Source: a virus
Taxonomy: Duplodnaviria > Caudoviricetes
Direction: 5' to 3' (one strand)
IMG/VR virus record: IMGVR_UViG_3300032223_002716
Span: 1-58,033 of that record
DNA: 58,033 nt
Part shown: positions 9,192 to 17,527 of the stretch, one piece after another
Numbering within the stretch: position 1 is the stretch's first letter
How the letters are laid out: each line of letters opens with the position of its first letter
Position numbers and translations under genes: made by a program
The notes under the pieces: generated by a model
Database searches by the model: none
The model's input: only the letters and a program-made list of their open reading frames with translations
Told to the model about the DNA's origin: nothing

Positions 9192-10127
9192 TTATTTAAT
9201 ATTAAATAACGTACTACCACCATTACTTAATACAGTTGTTGGTGTTCTTCCATCCCATTTCTCGATTTTCTTGAATTCGATATAGTTCGGTGTTAACTCT
9301 TTTTGTTTCAAACGAATTGAATACGCTTGTGCTGATGCATTAATAATCATCTCAGCTGAGTCAGCTTTTGCTACAGCAACTTTACGTTGACCATCAGCTT
9401 GTGCAGCGATTGCTTGTTGTTTAGAAGCTTCAGCTTGTTGTACTGATTTAGTTTTAGCGATAATTGCTTCTTGAAGTGCTTCTGGTGGAATGATATTAGA
9501 ACGCATTTGAGATACTGTAAACCATTTAGATAGTCTTACGTTACATTCAGCTACGATAGCAGCTTCAAACGCTTGTCTGTGACCAAATACTGAATCTACT
9601 TCCCATCCGTTAGCTACGTCATTCACAGCACCAACGATTGCGTTTTTCAACCATCCTTGTTCAACTTCTTTTATTGGTAATCTCAAGTTAACAAACATAT
9701 CTCCAACTGCATTAGGTTTTAATGAGTAATTGAATGTAGGTTTGATATCCGCTGGGAATCCACCTCGTGTAATTACTTGTTGTGCTTCAAACTCAATGTG
9801 TTGTTGGAATGTTGGGAACTCATAAATGTTCTCAGTCCATGTATTATATAAAACCCATCCAGTTTTATACTCATACTTAGAAACTCCACGACTGTTACCA
9901 GTTAAGTTTACTTTGATACCAACATGTCCAGCATCGATTCTTTCGATAGCGAATGGTTGTACAGTTGATAATATGATACCTAATAAGAAGATACCGATTG
10001 GTTTTAACAACCATACAAATCTGAATTCACGGTTATAACCAGTTCCTTCATACATACTATCCTTTGTTGAGATAGCTACTAATGCTGCGATAATTAACGC
10101 TGCTACAAAAATTAATGTACTAATCAT
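9192..10127 (-). CDS. SPFH/band 7 (prohibitin-like) membrane protein
   Basis: TM helices, IDAGHVGIKVNL, AQQ-rich coiled coil, IEKWDG. Confidence 0.9.
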   Translation of the reverse strand: MISTLIFVAALIIAALVAISTKDSMYEGTGYNREFRFVWLLKPIGIFLLGIILSTVQPFAIERIDAGHVGIKVNLTGNSRGVSKYEYKTGWVLYNTWTENIYEFPTFQQHIEFEAQQVITRGGFPADIKPTFNYSLKPNAVGDMFVNLRLPIKEVEQGWLKNAIVGAVNDVANGWEVDSVFGHRQAFEAAIVAECNVRLSKWFTVSQMRSNIIPPEALQEAIIAKTKSVQQAEASKQQAIAAQADGQRKVAVAKADSAEMIINASAQAYSIRLKQKELTPNYIEFKKIEKWDGRTPTTVLSNGGSTLFNIK

Positions 10128-10138
10128 TTTTCTTTTTT

Positions 10139-10342
10139 TTATTTATTTATAAATTTAATAATTGTTTTAACCATATAATTTAAAGCCCCTACGGTTAACA
10201 AAAGGCCACCCATTATTGAAATTATCTGTATTATAATATTTACATCTCTACTAATTACATACTCAGCCATAAGCGATATAATTGTAATCCATAAAATTAA
10301 CATTCCAGACAATTTCAATATTAAAGTAGTTACACCATTCAT
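10139..10342 (-). CDS. Small 2-TM protein
   Basis: Hydrophobic ORF just upstream of the SPFH gene. Confidence 0.65.
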   Translation of the reverse strand: MNGVTTLILKLSGMLILWITIISLMAEYVISRDVNIIIQIISIMGGLLLTVGALNYMVKTIIKFINK

Positions 10343-10379
10343 ATTTTTATTTTTTACAAATCTAGGTATAATATTTTAA

Positions 10380-12077
10380 TTACGCAACAGTTTCTTGAAC
10401 TAATTTTGAATAATTATTTATTTTTTCTCTAATCTCAGTCAGAGTCGTAGTTTTAACTAAGTCACCATTTTTGTAAACAGTAGTTAATAAACCATTTTCC
10501 TCTAAATCACGAGAACATTTATCTTTAAGAGCATATGTTAAACTATCTTTAGCGTAAACATATAAGTAACCTCTTGCTGATTTTTTGGTACCATCATCAG
10601 TTACTGGGTCTTTGAAGATATCACGGTCAACACCATTAACAACTACGTGAGTAGCTTTAACTGCACCACCTTGGTTATCTCTTGTTGCATAACCCATAGA
10701 GTAAGAACCGATACCTAATACAACGTTAGTAGATGCGAAACCTTTTGCAGCTAATCTAGTACAAATAGCATCAGCTCTATCTAATGTGATTGAATCACCA
10801 TAGATTGCACCGATATGAGAATCTAATAATTTGTAACCTTGACCATTAGTTGTGCCACCAAATGTATTCCATAACAATTCGATTACACCAACATATTCTG
10901 GTTTACCTTCAACTTCTTCAGCATCGATATATAATTCATCAACATAATAATATTGTTTATCATAACGATTCCAAGTAGTGTCTTCAGTTAATTTGTAATA
11001 TGTACCATTAACATTAACAATACGAGTTGTATCGATAGTGTATTCATCTTCACCATGAACTGTAGACTCATATAATTCATTTTTGAAGTCATGCTTAGCT
11101 TGGTCTAATGAAGTATAATTTAAAGTAACCGAACCACATAAGATGTCAACTGGGTCACCAGAGTCTGGGCGTAATACTAATTTACCATCACGAGAAAGAA
11201 TTTCTTCTTTAAGTTCAGTAACGTATTCAGTACAAACTTTCCATAAGTCAAATGAATCAGATACTACTGATAAGATACCAGTTGGGTATTGTTGCATCAA
11301 TCTTCTGAAAGCACCAATCTCATCTTCTTTACCGTATGCAGTCATAACAGCATGTTCAGAAGCTGGAACACTGAAACCTACATTCTTAGTGTTGTAGTAA
11401 TAGTTTGCAGCTAATAATGCTGGGATTGTATCAGTACCAGAGAATGAAGTTAAGAACCCTAAACCAGAACTAATTGCTGACTCTGGGTGTTGCATTCCTC
11501 TGAATGAGAAATCATGTCCTTGGAAATCAACGAATCCTAAGTTTTCTTTATCAGTTTTTCTAGCATGTGATAATAAAATGTTTTTATAACCATAAGCTAA
11601 TGAAGCTGAGTGAACTGGCTTCCAAATCAAAGAAGAAATCAATGTTTCTAAGAAGTTAGGTAACCAAAAGAAATCTGGATGAGTATTCTTAATTGTGAAT
11701 ACTGGGATTTTCTCATCAACGATAGTTCCTTCGTCTAACGCTTTAATCTCAATAGGTAAATAACCTAAATTGTGTAATGCTTCGAAGTGAGATACATCAT
11801 AATCAGTCCCTAAATATGATGATAAGTATTCTTTAGCTTCACCACAAACTTCAGCTTTAGGTCTAGCAAAGAAATCATTAGCATACATGTCATGGATTGA
11901 CTTAACTGTAAATTGCACACCAGCAACTACAATTTTTTTAGCTTGTTTAGGCATATACTTCACATTTCTTAATGTGTAATTCGAATATACCTCAGTTGTA
12001 CCCTCTGGATACATCGCATGGTGACTAGTTTTATAACCATCTGTCATCAATAGCGGATTTTGTCTGTAACTATTCAT
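10380..12077 (-). CDS. nadV: Nicotinamide phosphoribosyltransferase family (Namat-like)
   Basis: TDGYKTSH, HDFSFRG, PASEHAVM, SVVSDSFD, RPDSGDP, IYGDSIT, KKSARG. Confidence 0.9.
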   Translation of the reverse strand: MNSYRQNPLLMTDGYKTSHHAMYPEGTTEVYSNYTLRNVKYMPKQAKKIVVAGVQFTVKSIHDMYANDFFARPKAEVCGEAKEYLSSYLGTDYDVSHFEALHNLGYLPIEIKALDEGTIVDEKIPVFTIKNTHPDFFWLPNFLETLISSLIWKPVHSASLAYGYKNILLSHARKTDKENLGFVDFQGHDFSFRGMQHPESAISSGLGFLTSFSGTDTIPALLAANYYYNTKNVGFSVPASEHAVMTAYGKEDEIGAFRRLMQQYPTGILSVVSDSFDLWKVCTEYVTELKEEILSRDGKLVLRPDSGDPVDILCGSVTLNYTSLDQAKHDFKNELYESTVHGEDEYTIDTTRIVNVNGTYYKLTEDTTWNRYDKQYYYVDELYIDAEEVEGKPEYVGVIELLWNTFGGTTNGQGYKLLDSHIGAIYGDSITLDRADAICTRLAAKGFASTNVVLGIGSYSMGYATRDNQGGAVKATHVVVNGVDRDIFKDPVTDDGTKKSARGYLYVYAKDSLTYALKDKCSRDLEENGLLTTVYKNGDLVKTTTLTEIREKINNYSKLVQETVA

Positions 12078-12088
12078 ATTATTTGTTT

Positions 12089-12940
12089 TTATTTGAATTC
12101 TAATTTAATTTGAGTTAACTTTTTATTTGGTTCCAAGTCTTGGAATGAATCAGTAGTGTATACATGGTCAATATTATGTAAAGCCTCAATACCTTTAGAG
12201 AAGATACCATGTGATACAATTAAATTAACGTTACCAGCATTATTCTCTTTAAGTTTATCAGCTAAACCAATGAACGTACCACCACCATCACAAATATCAT
12301 CAATGATATAAACATCTTTACCATGTAAATCATTCACATCACAAGTCATATTTAAAATTTGACCAGTTTTTACATCTCTGATTTTATTACATAATACAAT
12401 AGCATCTGTATAACCAACGAATTGTGCGGCTTTGAAGATTTTCTTATATGCACCAGCATCTGGTGATACAATGTAATAATCTTTTTTATCAGCTAAGATT
12501 TGTTTTACAAAGTTATGATTACTAACTGGGTCACAATTATTAATCAATGCTAAAGATACTTCAGAGTGTGCATCATACACAGCAACTTTACTATATTCTT
12601 GTGAATTAATAATGTTTGCTAAAACTTTAATTGATAAAGGCTCGCCACCAACCATAACACGGTCTTGTCTAGCAAATGGTAGGTAAGGGATAAATAGTTT
12701 AATGTAACTAAACCCTAATCGTTTTAAAGCATCGGTAGCCAATAATAAAATCATCAAATCTTCTGATGATTTAATTCTAGTAGTAATAATAACTTCATTA
12801 CCACCAATCATCCAATTTTTTTCAACAATTTTAATGTGTGGTTCACAACCACTTGGAAAACTAAACTTCTGGTATTCCAACTCTGTGAATTCTTTACCAA
12901 ATGGTTTAAAGTTTTCATCTAAATTAATAACTGCTCTCAT
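12089..12940 (-). CDS. prs: Ribose-phosphate pyrophosphokinase family (Adps-like); likely start MRAVINL
   Basis: PYLPFARQDR, SPDAGA, IIDDICDGGGTF, VSHGIFS. Confidence 0.9.
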   Translation of the reverse strand: MRAVINLDENFKPFGKEFTELEYQKFSFPSGCEPHIKIVEKNWMIGGNEVIITTRIKSSEDLMILLLATDALKRLGFSYIKLFIPYLPFARQDRVMVGGEPLSIKVLANIINSQEYSKVAVYDAHSEVSLALINNCDPVSNHNFVKQILADKKDYYIVSPDAGAYKKIFKAAQFVGYTDAIVLCNKIRDVKTGQILNMTCDVNDLHGKDVYIIDDICDGGGTFIGLADKLKENNAGNVNLIVSHGIFSKGIEALHNIDHVYTTDSFQDLEPNKKLTQIKLEFK

Positions 12941-13034
12941 ATTTATAAATTCTTTTGACAAATATAGTTATTTAAATTCGATTAATGCAAACTTTTTTAT
13001 AAAAAAATCGATATTTATTAATAAAAAACATTTT

Positions 13035-14051
13035 ATGAATACTAAAGGTCTGATATTAGAGAGATTACGTGAGGAAAAATATATTAATGATTGCATTAAT
13101 AACGCACTTTATGAAGTTTTTACATTAAATGAAGAAGTCTCAATTGATAATATTAAAGAAAAAGCTAAGGAATATTTAGAAAGATTAAAAACTGAATATA
13201 ATTCATTATCTGATAGTGGTAAGAAAAAATTAAAAAGAACTGCTGTAATAACATTATTAGGATTAATAGGTTTAAACGGTGGATTAGAACCAGACCTTAA
13301 AGCTGACACTGAAGATGTTAATCACGCTAAAATTGAATTATCAGCAATGGCTGATGATATATTAGATTCTGATGAATTTAAAACAGTTAAGATTAATAAC
13401 CCATATGAAAAGGCTGAAACAAATAAAACTAAAAAAGTTAATAGTGGTAAATTTGTTAGGCCAAACCCAAAAGATACTGAAATTAGTGATAAATTATTAA
13501 ATCATTTAAAAACATTTGAAGGATTTAGAAGTAAAGCATATGATTTAGGTGATGGAGCAATAACCATAGGATATGGTCATGCTATTTTTAAAGATAGAAA
13601 CAGAACTGATAACCATAAGACATATGATTTTTTACCAAGATATGAAGATATTAAAATAGGTAAAACTTCTATTACTAAAGAACAAGCCGAAATATTATTA
13701 AGAGATGATTATGCTGAAGCTAAAAAAGGATTAGATAAAATATTCAATGATTGGCAAGCTCAAGGTATAGAATTCTATATAACTCAAGAAATGTATGATG
13801 CTATGATATCATTAATTTTTAATACTGGTATTAATAATTTTAGAAAAGGTGACGTAATTGCTTTAATTAAAAAAGGTCCAGAACATTATGATGAAGCAAT
13901 GGCTGAAATTAAAAAAACTAGTGATAATTTATTCAAAAAATATCCAGGTTTAAAAACTAGGAGAAAAAGTGAATCAGGTTTATTTAATTTAGGTATTAAA
14001 AAATTAGCTAATAGTATTAAAGATAAAGTATTTGATAGGTTGAGAGGTTAA
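13035..14051 (+). CDS. GH24 lysozyme with long N-terminal extension (likely start 13035)
   Basis: EGFRSKAYDLGDGAITIGYGH, YDAMISLIFNTG, GLKTRRKSE; ATATTTAT at 13011. Confidence 0.85.
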   Translation: MNTKGLILERLREEKYINDCINNALYEVFTLNEEVSIDNIKEKAKEYLERLKTEYNSLSDSGKKKLKRTAVITLLGLIGLNGGLEPDLKADTEDVNHAKIELSAMADDILDSDEFKTVKINNPYEKAETNKTKKVNSGKFVRPNPKDTEISDKLLNHLKTFEGFRSKAYDLGDGAITIGYGHAIFKDRNRTDNHKTYDFLPRYEDIKIGKTSITKEQAEILLRDDYAEAKKGLDKIFNDWQAQGIEFYITQEMYDAMISLIFNTGINNFRKGDVIALIKKGPEHYDEAMAEIKKTSDNLFKKYPGLKTRRKSESGLFNLGIKKLANSIKDKVFDRLRG

Positions 14052-14989
14052 TAAACCTTCTCAACTGAACCATCCTCGTAAGTAATAAATTTCAATCCAT
14101 CATAATCGATTGATACTTCTTGACCAATCATATTTACTATTTTAGTGGGTGTGATATATGGTTTTCTATTATCTATTGCTATTATTTCAGATTCTTTATA
14201 TTTACCATCATAATCGGTTTGTCTAAGAATATAATAATTAATATCGTTCTCAATTCGCGAATCGAGGAATTGGTATTTATTACTTACAACTGAATTACCA
14301 GCACCATTTATTTTTACTATTGAAGACCATTCTATTGGATATATTGAACGATATATAGTAAAGTAATCATTATTATTCTCTGATGCTGTTTCCCATTGCA
14401 ATAAATTACCTTCTTGAGTTTTTCTACCTTTAAAATATAATAATTCGATAGGTAAACCAACTGGAGATGATTCGGTTATTGTAACATCATCTAAATAAAC
14501 GGATGTTGGACCACCATACACAGTTTTAGTCCATATTTGAAAATATCCAGTTCCAGTATATGTTGAGGTGATTGTAGTACTCCATTGGTACCATGTACTC
14601 CAATTTGAATTACAACTTGAATTTGAAAAAGTTTGGTTCGTTAATAAAGTAGTTTGATTGGGAAGTTCATTAGTATTAATTACAACTGAACATGCTCGTT
14701 TAGTATAAAATGTAATAGTATATACACTATCTTTTTTAAAGTTAATTGGAATATAAAGATAAATTGAATTACCGTCAGCAGCAGATGAAAATCTAGATGA
14801 ATATGTTGTAGCATCATATACATTTCTGTAATTACCAGTTGCTGATTCATTTCTATTTAATACCCATACACTTGATGTTGAGCTCCATCCAGTTGGTGCA
14901 ACACTAGAGAAGTGTTGACTTACCAATGTTGTTAGTGAATAACCATATACACATAATAACAACGATATAAATGTTAGTAACGTTTTCAT
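14048..14989 (-). CDS. Bacteroidota-type secreted protein (LPIELLYF domain, T9SS-CTD-like tail)
   Basis: Signal peptide; LPIELLYF..WETASENNNDYF..YYILRQTDYDG; tail NMIGQEV. Confidence 0.75.
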   Translation of the reverse strand: MKTLLTFISLLLCVYGYSLTTLVSQHFSSVAPTGWSSTSSVWVLNRNESATGNYRNVYDATTYSSRFSSAADGNSIYLYIPINFKKDSVYTITFYTKRACSVVINTNELPNQTTLLTNQTFSNSSCNSNWSTWYQWSTTITSTYTGTGYFQIWTKTVYGGPTSVYLDDVTITESSPVGLPIELLYFKGRKTQEGNLLQWETASENNNDYFTIYRSIYPIEWSSIVKINGAGNSVVSNKYQFLDSRIENDINYYILRQTDYDGKYKESEIIAIDNRKPYITPTKIVNMIGQEVSIDYDGLKFITYEDGSVEKVY

Positions 14990-15018
14990 AATTAATATTT
15001 ATTAATAAATATTATTAA

Positions 15019-15321
15019 TTAGAGTATTATCTTATATTCCTCACATAGTTTTACTATATACTTATCTAAATTGATTATAGCTTGTTTATAGTCGATTTCT
15101 TCATCATTAAATCTATCATCATCTTGTTTGATTATCTCAACACAACTTATATGAATGTCTCTGACAATATCTGTAACATTAATTTCTTTATTATAGTTAG
15201 AGGCCAAGCTATATTCCATAACTTGACCTTCTAGTTCTCTACAATAATCCATTAACTCCTCGACTTCTGGTTCATCCATTAATTGAGGGTTATATTTAAA
15301 TATTTGTCTAATTGATTTCAT
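15019..15321 (-). CDS. Hypothetical protein
   Basis: ORF in operon. Confidence 0.7.
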   Translation of the reverse strand: MKSIRQIFKYNPQLMDEPEVEELMDYCRELEGQVMEYSLASNYNKEINVTDIVRDIHISCVEIIKQDDDRFNDEEIDYKQAIINLDKYIVKLCEEYKIIL

Positions 15322-15809
15322 TAACTAAATTCTGTCGATGACGATACTCGTAATCCATCAACAACCGTATCCCAATATTTTGGGCCATGGAAATATGACG
15401 AACTAGATTTATTATTTTCATATTCTTCATCAAATACTAAGCCATCAGGTTCACCCCAGTTAAGAGCCATTTCAATAAACTCTTCAACATTCTCTTCACT
15501 TCCGTATTCATCAACTATTCTACCACTTCTAATAAAAGCTAATAACTCTTCTTTAGTGGAATAGTATTTATCTTTATGAAAGTTCCAACAGAATTTCCAA
15601 CCACTACTTCGTTTACCTAAGTGAATGCTTGTACCTTCAATGAAATCATCCCAACAAGACGTTCTTTCCCAAGAATCTTCTACTTCAACTCTAAAACCAT
15701 CTTCAACACTAGAAGCGGATAAATCCAAGTTGTTAATATCATCTATTAACTTCTGTTTTTTAGCTAATATTTCAGCTTCAGTTGGTATTCTATAATAATT
15801 TGTTCCCAT
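15321..15809 (-). CDS. Conserved phage protein (MGTNYY..HLGKRSSGW..DEYG)
   Basis: Characteristic motifs. Confidence 0.75.
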   Translation of the reverse strand: MGTNYYRIPTEAEILAKKQKLIDDINNLDLSASSVEDGFRVEVEDSWERTSCWDDFIEGTSIHLGKRSSGWKFCWNFHKDKYYSTKEELLAFIRSGRIVDEYGSEENVEEFIEMALNWGEPDGLVFDEEYENNKSSSSYFHGPKYWDTVVDGLRVSSSTEFS

Positions 15810-16174
15810 TATTTTATTATTTTAAATGATACTACAATAGCACCGATTGTTTTACGTTTTCTATCTCTCTTATTTTTATCGGTAATACTATCCAATTGAG
15901 TTAATCTATCAAAAGCTAAATGACTCAAGTCAACATGATTACTACCCATTGAGTGTCTATCAGTAATTGTAACTGTGTCAGTAACTTTATTTTTTAAATT
16001 GGTTATTACCATTCTCATATTTCTGTACTTTGCGTGACAGTACGCTGCTGTGGGTACTGTTCTGTGTACTTTCTTATGATTTGTAGTGTCGTAGTAAGTT
16101 GCCTTACCAGTTTTATTATTAGTGTTTGTAAGACTTATACTTATTAACCCTAATATTAATACAATTTTTTTCAT
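15809..16174 (-). CDS. RlpA-like double-psi beta-barrel protein
   Basis: Signal peptide; GKATYY, TAA, VTITDR, VDLSHLAF. Confidence 0.65.
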   Translation of the reverse strand: MKKIVLILGLISISLTNTNNKTGKATYYDTTNHKKVHRTVPTAAYCHAKYRNMRMVITNLKNKVTDTVTITDRHSMGSNHVDLSHLAFDRLTQLDSITDKNKRDRKRKTIGAIVVSFKIIK

Positions 16175-16179
16175 ATAAT

Positions 16180-16383
16180 TTATTTTTCCATATCGGAGTG
16201 ATTCTCAATTAAGAATCTTTTGGCTTGAATAATTTGATGGTATAATACCCAATTAAAATTTCCGTCTCCGTTTTTAGTCCACCATACGACCATATCCATG
16301 TTATTAATTGAATTGTTAATCGGTGATGTTTGAATTTCTTCTGGTGTAATTGTTGTCATATTTTTATTATTTAAGTTAAACAT
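16180..16383 (-). CDS. Hypothetical protein
   Basis: ORF downstream of promoter at 16388-16395. Confidence 0.55.
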   Translation of the reverse strand: MFNLNNKNMTTITPEEIQTSPINNSINNMDMVVWWTKNGDGNFNWVLYHQIIQAKRFLIENHSDMEK

Positions 16384-16446
16384 AGTACAAATATATGTAT
16401 AATATAATCAATAAACAAATTTTTTAAAGATTAAATTAAAAAAAAG

Positions 16447-16520
16447 TGACCTCAGAAGGATTCTAACCTTCACTCTACGCATTAGAAGTGCGTTGCTTTA
16501 TACGATTAAGCTATGAGGCC
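16447..16520 (-). tRNA. tRNA-Arg(UCU)
   Basis: GGCCTCA/TGAGGTC acceptor; ACGCA-CTTCTAA-TGCGT; GAAGG-TTAGAAT-CCTTC (atypical T loop). Confidence 0.85.
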
Positions 16521-16526
16521 AAGTTT

Positions 16527-16734
16527 CCCCACCTTGAGATTACTGGTGAGTAGTTACATCGGTTTCTTCCTAATTCAAAAAACCTGCTGGGCATCCCCTA
16601 TGAAAAAAGTCAAACTACTTTGGTAACCGTGTTATAGGCCATTATTCCAAAGACTGCAACCTCAGTTGTATGCAGTTACACTAACCTATTGTTAAATAAG
16701 TCTTAGGTCAAAGACTACTGAGTACCCCTTACTC
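16527..16734 (-). ncRNA. Unidentified multi-hairpin RNA (~210 nt)
   Basis: GAGTA/TACTC, AGTCTT/AAGACT, ACTGCA/TGCAGT, CTTTGG/CCAAAG, GTAGTT/AACTAC, CTCACC/GGTGGG stems; GC-richer than the surrounding DNA; no ORF in the track. Confidence 0.6.
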
Positions 16735-16738
16735 ATTG

Positions 16739-16812
16739 CTCTACCCAAGGGACTCGAACCCCCAGCCCTTCGGCACCAGCCGATGTGCAAACCAATTTAC
16801 ACCATAAGCAGA
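16739..16812 (-). ncRNA. tRNA-like RNA with a 4-nt anticodon loop
   Basis: D arm GTGT..GCAC, TCGGC-TGGT-GCCGA, GGGGG-TTCGAGT-CCCTT, G-U-rich acceptor stem. Confidence 0.65.
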
Positions 16813-16909
16813 GAATCAAGAATTATCATCAGAAATTAGTGGTACCAAATCTCTTTAAGCTATATGATTGATATTCTTGTTAGGGTTGGGTTAATTACTC
16901 CCACCTTTG

Positions 16910-16982
16910 ATAACATGAGTAGATTCGAACTACTGACCCCTACATTAAAATAGTAGTGCTCTACCAACTGAGCTACATGTCA
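16910..16982 (-). tRNA. tRNA-Lys(UUU) with atypical anticodon arm
   Basis: TGACATG TA GCTCAGTTGGTAGAGC A CTACT-ATTTTAA-TGTAG GGGTC AGTAG-TTCGAAT-CTACT CATGTTA. Confidence 0.8.
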
Positions 16983-17006
16983 TTCCTTCTTCTTTGCAAA
17001 GAAGAA

Positions 17007-17167
17007 GATTAATGGTAATAGTCTTTATCAGGAATCTGGGGTTTGCTTTTTACACAAATGCTTCACACACCATTAGAGAGTTGGAAGTAATGCGACTTCT
17101 ATCCTTAGCTGTGTACCCTTGCGACACGTCTCTCCACGTCTGACTATTTACGCTTTTTCCATTAACC
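17007..17167 (-). ncRNA. Unidentified structured RNA (~160 nt)
   Basis: Closing helix TTAATGG..AATAGTC / GACTATT.CCATTAA; inner ACGT/ACGT and GAAGT/ACTTC hairpins. Confidence 0.55.
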
Positions 17168-17181
17168 AATAATAAATAAGT

Positions 17182-17482
17182 AACTTGATAAAGAAGGGAC
17201 ATAGCTAAAGTTAAAAATAAAACTAAAACCAAAGACCTCCCTCTACTCAAAGGCAAAATCAAAATCTAAGTCTTGTTTTGCTACCCAATTGTACCTATTA
17301 GGTTAACTTGTGTAGCCATTAGAGACAAGCTCAGTTTTTATAAATTTGTAGAAAGAGCGGATTATGGTAGACTCCTTTCGGAATCGGCTTTTATATTTTA
17401 ATTAGACCGCTTGTGGCAGTCAAATTAGTCATGTATATCAAACATATATAATATATAGAAGTTAATCCTACTCTATCAAGTT
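17182..17482 (-). ncRNA. Unidentified ~300-nt structured RNA with hexamer-periodic U-rich tracts
   Basis: Closing AACTTGATA/TATCAAGTT; GATTCC-GAAA-GGAGTC; CTCTTTCTAC/GTAGAGGGAG; NNYTTT repeats. Confidence 0.6.
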
Positions 17483-17527
17483 TAAATAATGGTGGTATCA
17501 ACTTGTGTTTAACCACCATTAACCTTA

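Noticed and set aside
12834-13034. Extended N-terminus of the lysozyme ORF
   Set aside because: It overlaps prs and its promoter on the opposite strand; ATATTTAT at 13011 supports the ATG at 13035.
16820-16860. Hammerhead ribozyme suggested by CTGATGA on the minus strand
   Set aside because: No correctly placed GAAA and third stem.
17050-17262. 70-aa hydrophobic ORF in the RNA island
   Set aside because: TTG start, spans two separately closed RNA structures, and its hydrophobicity derives from the U-rich hexamers; kept only as an alternative explanation.
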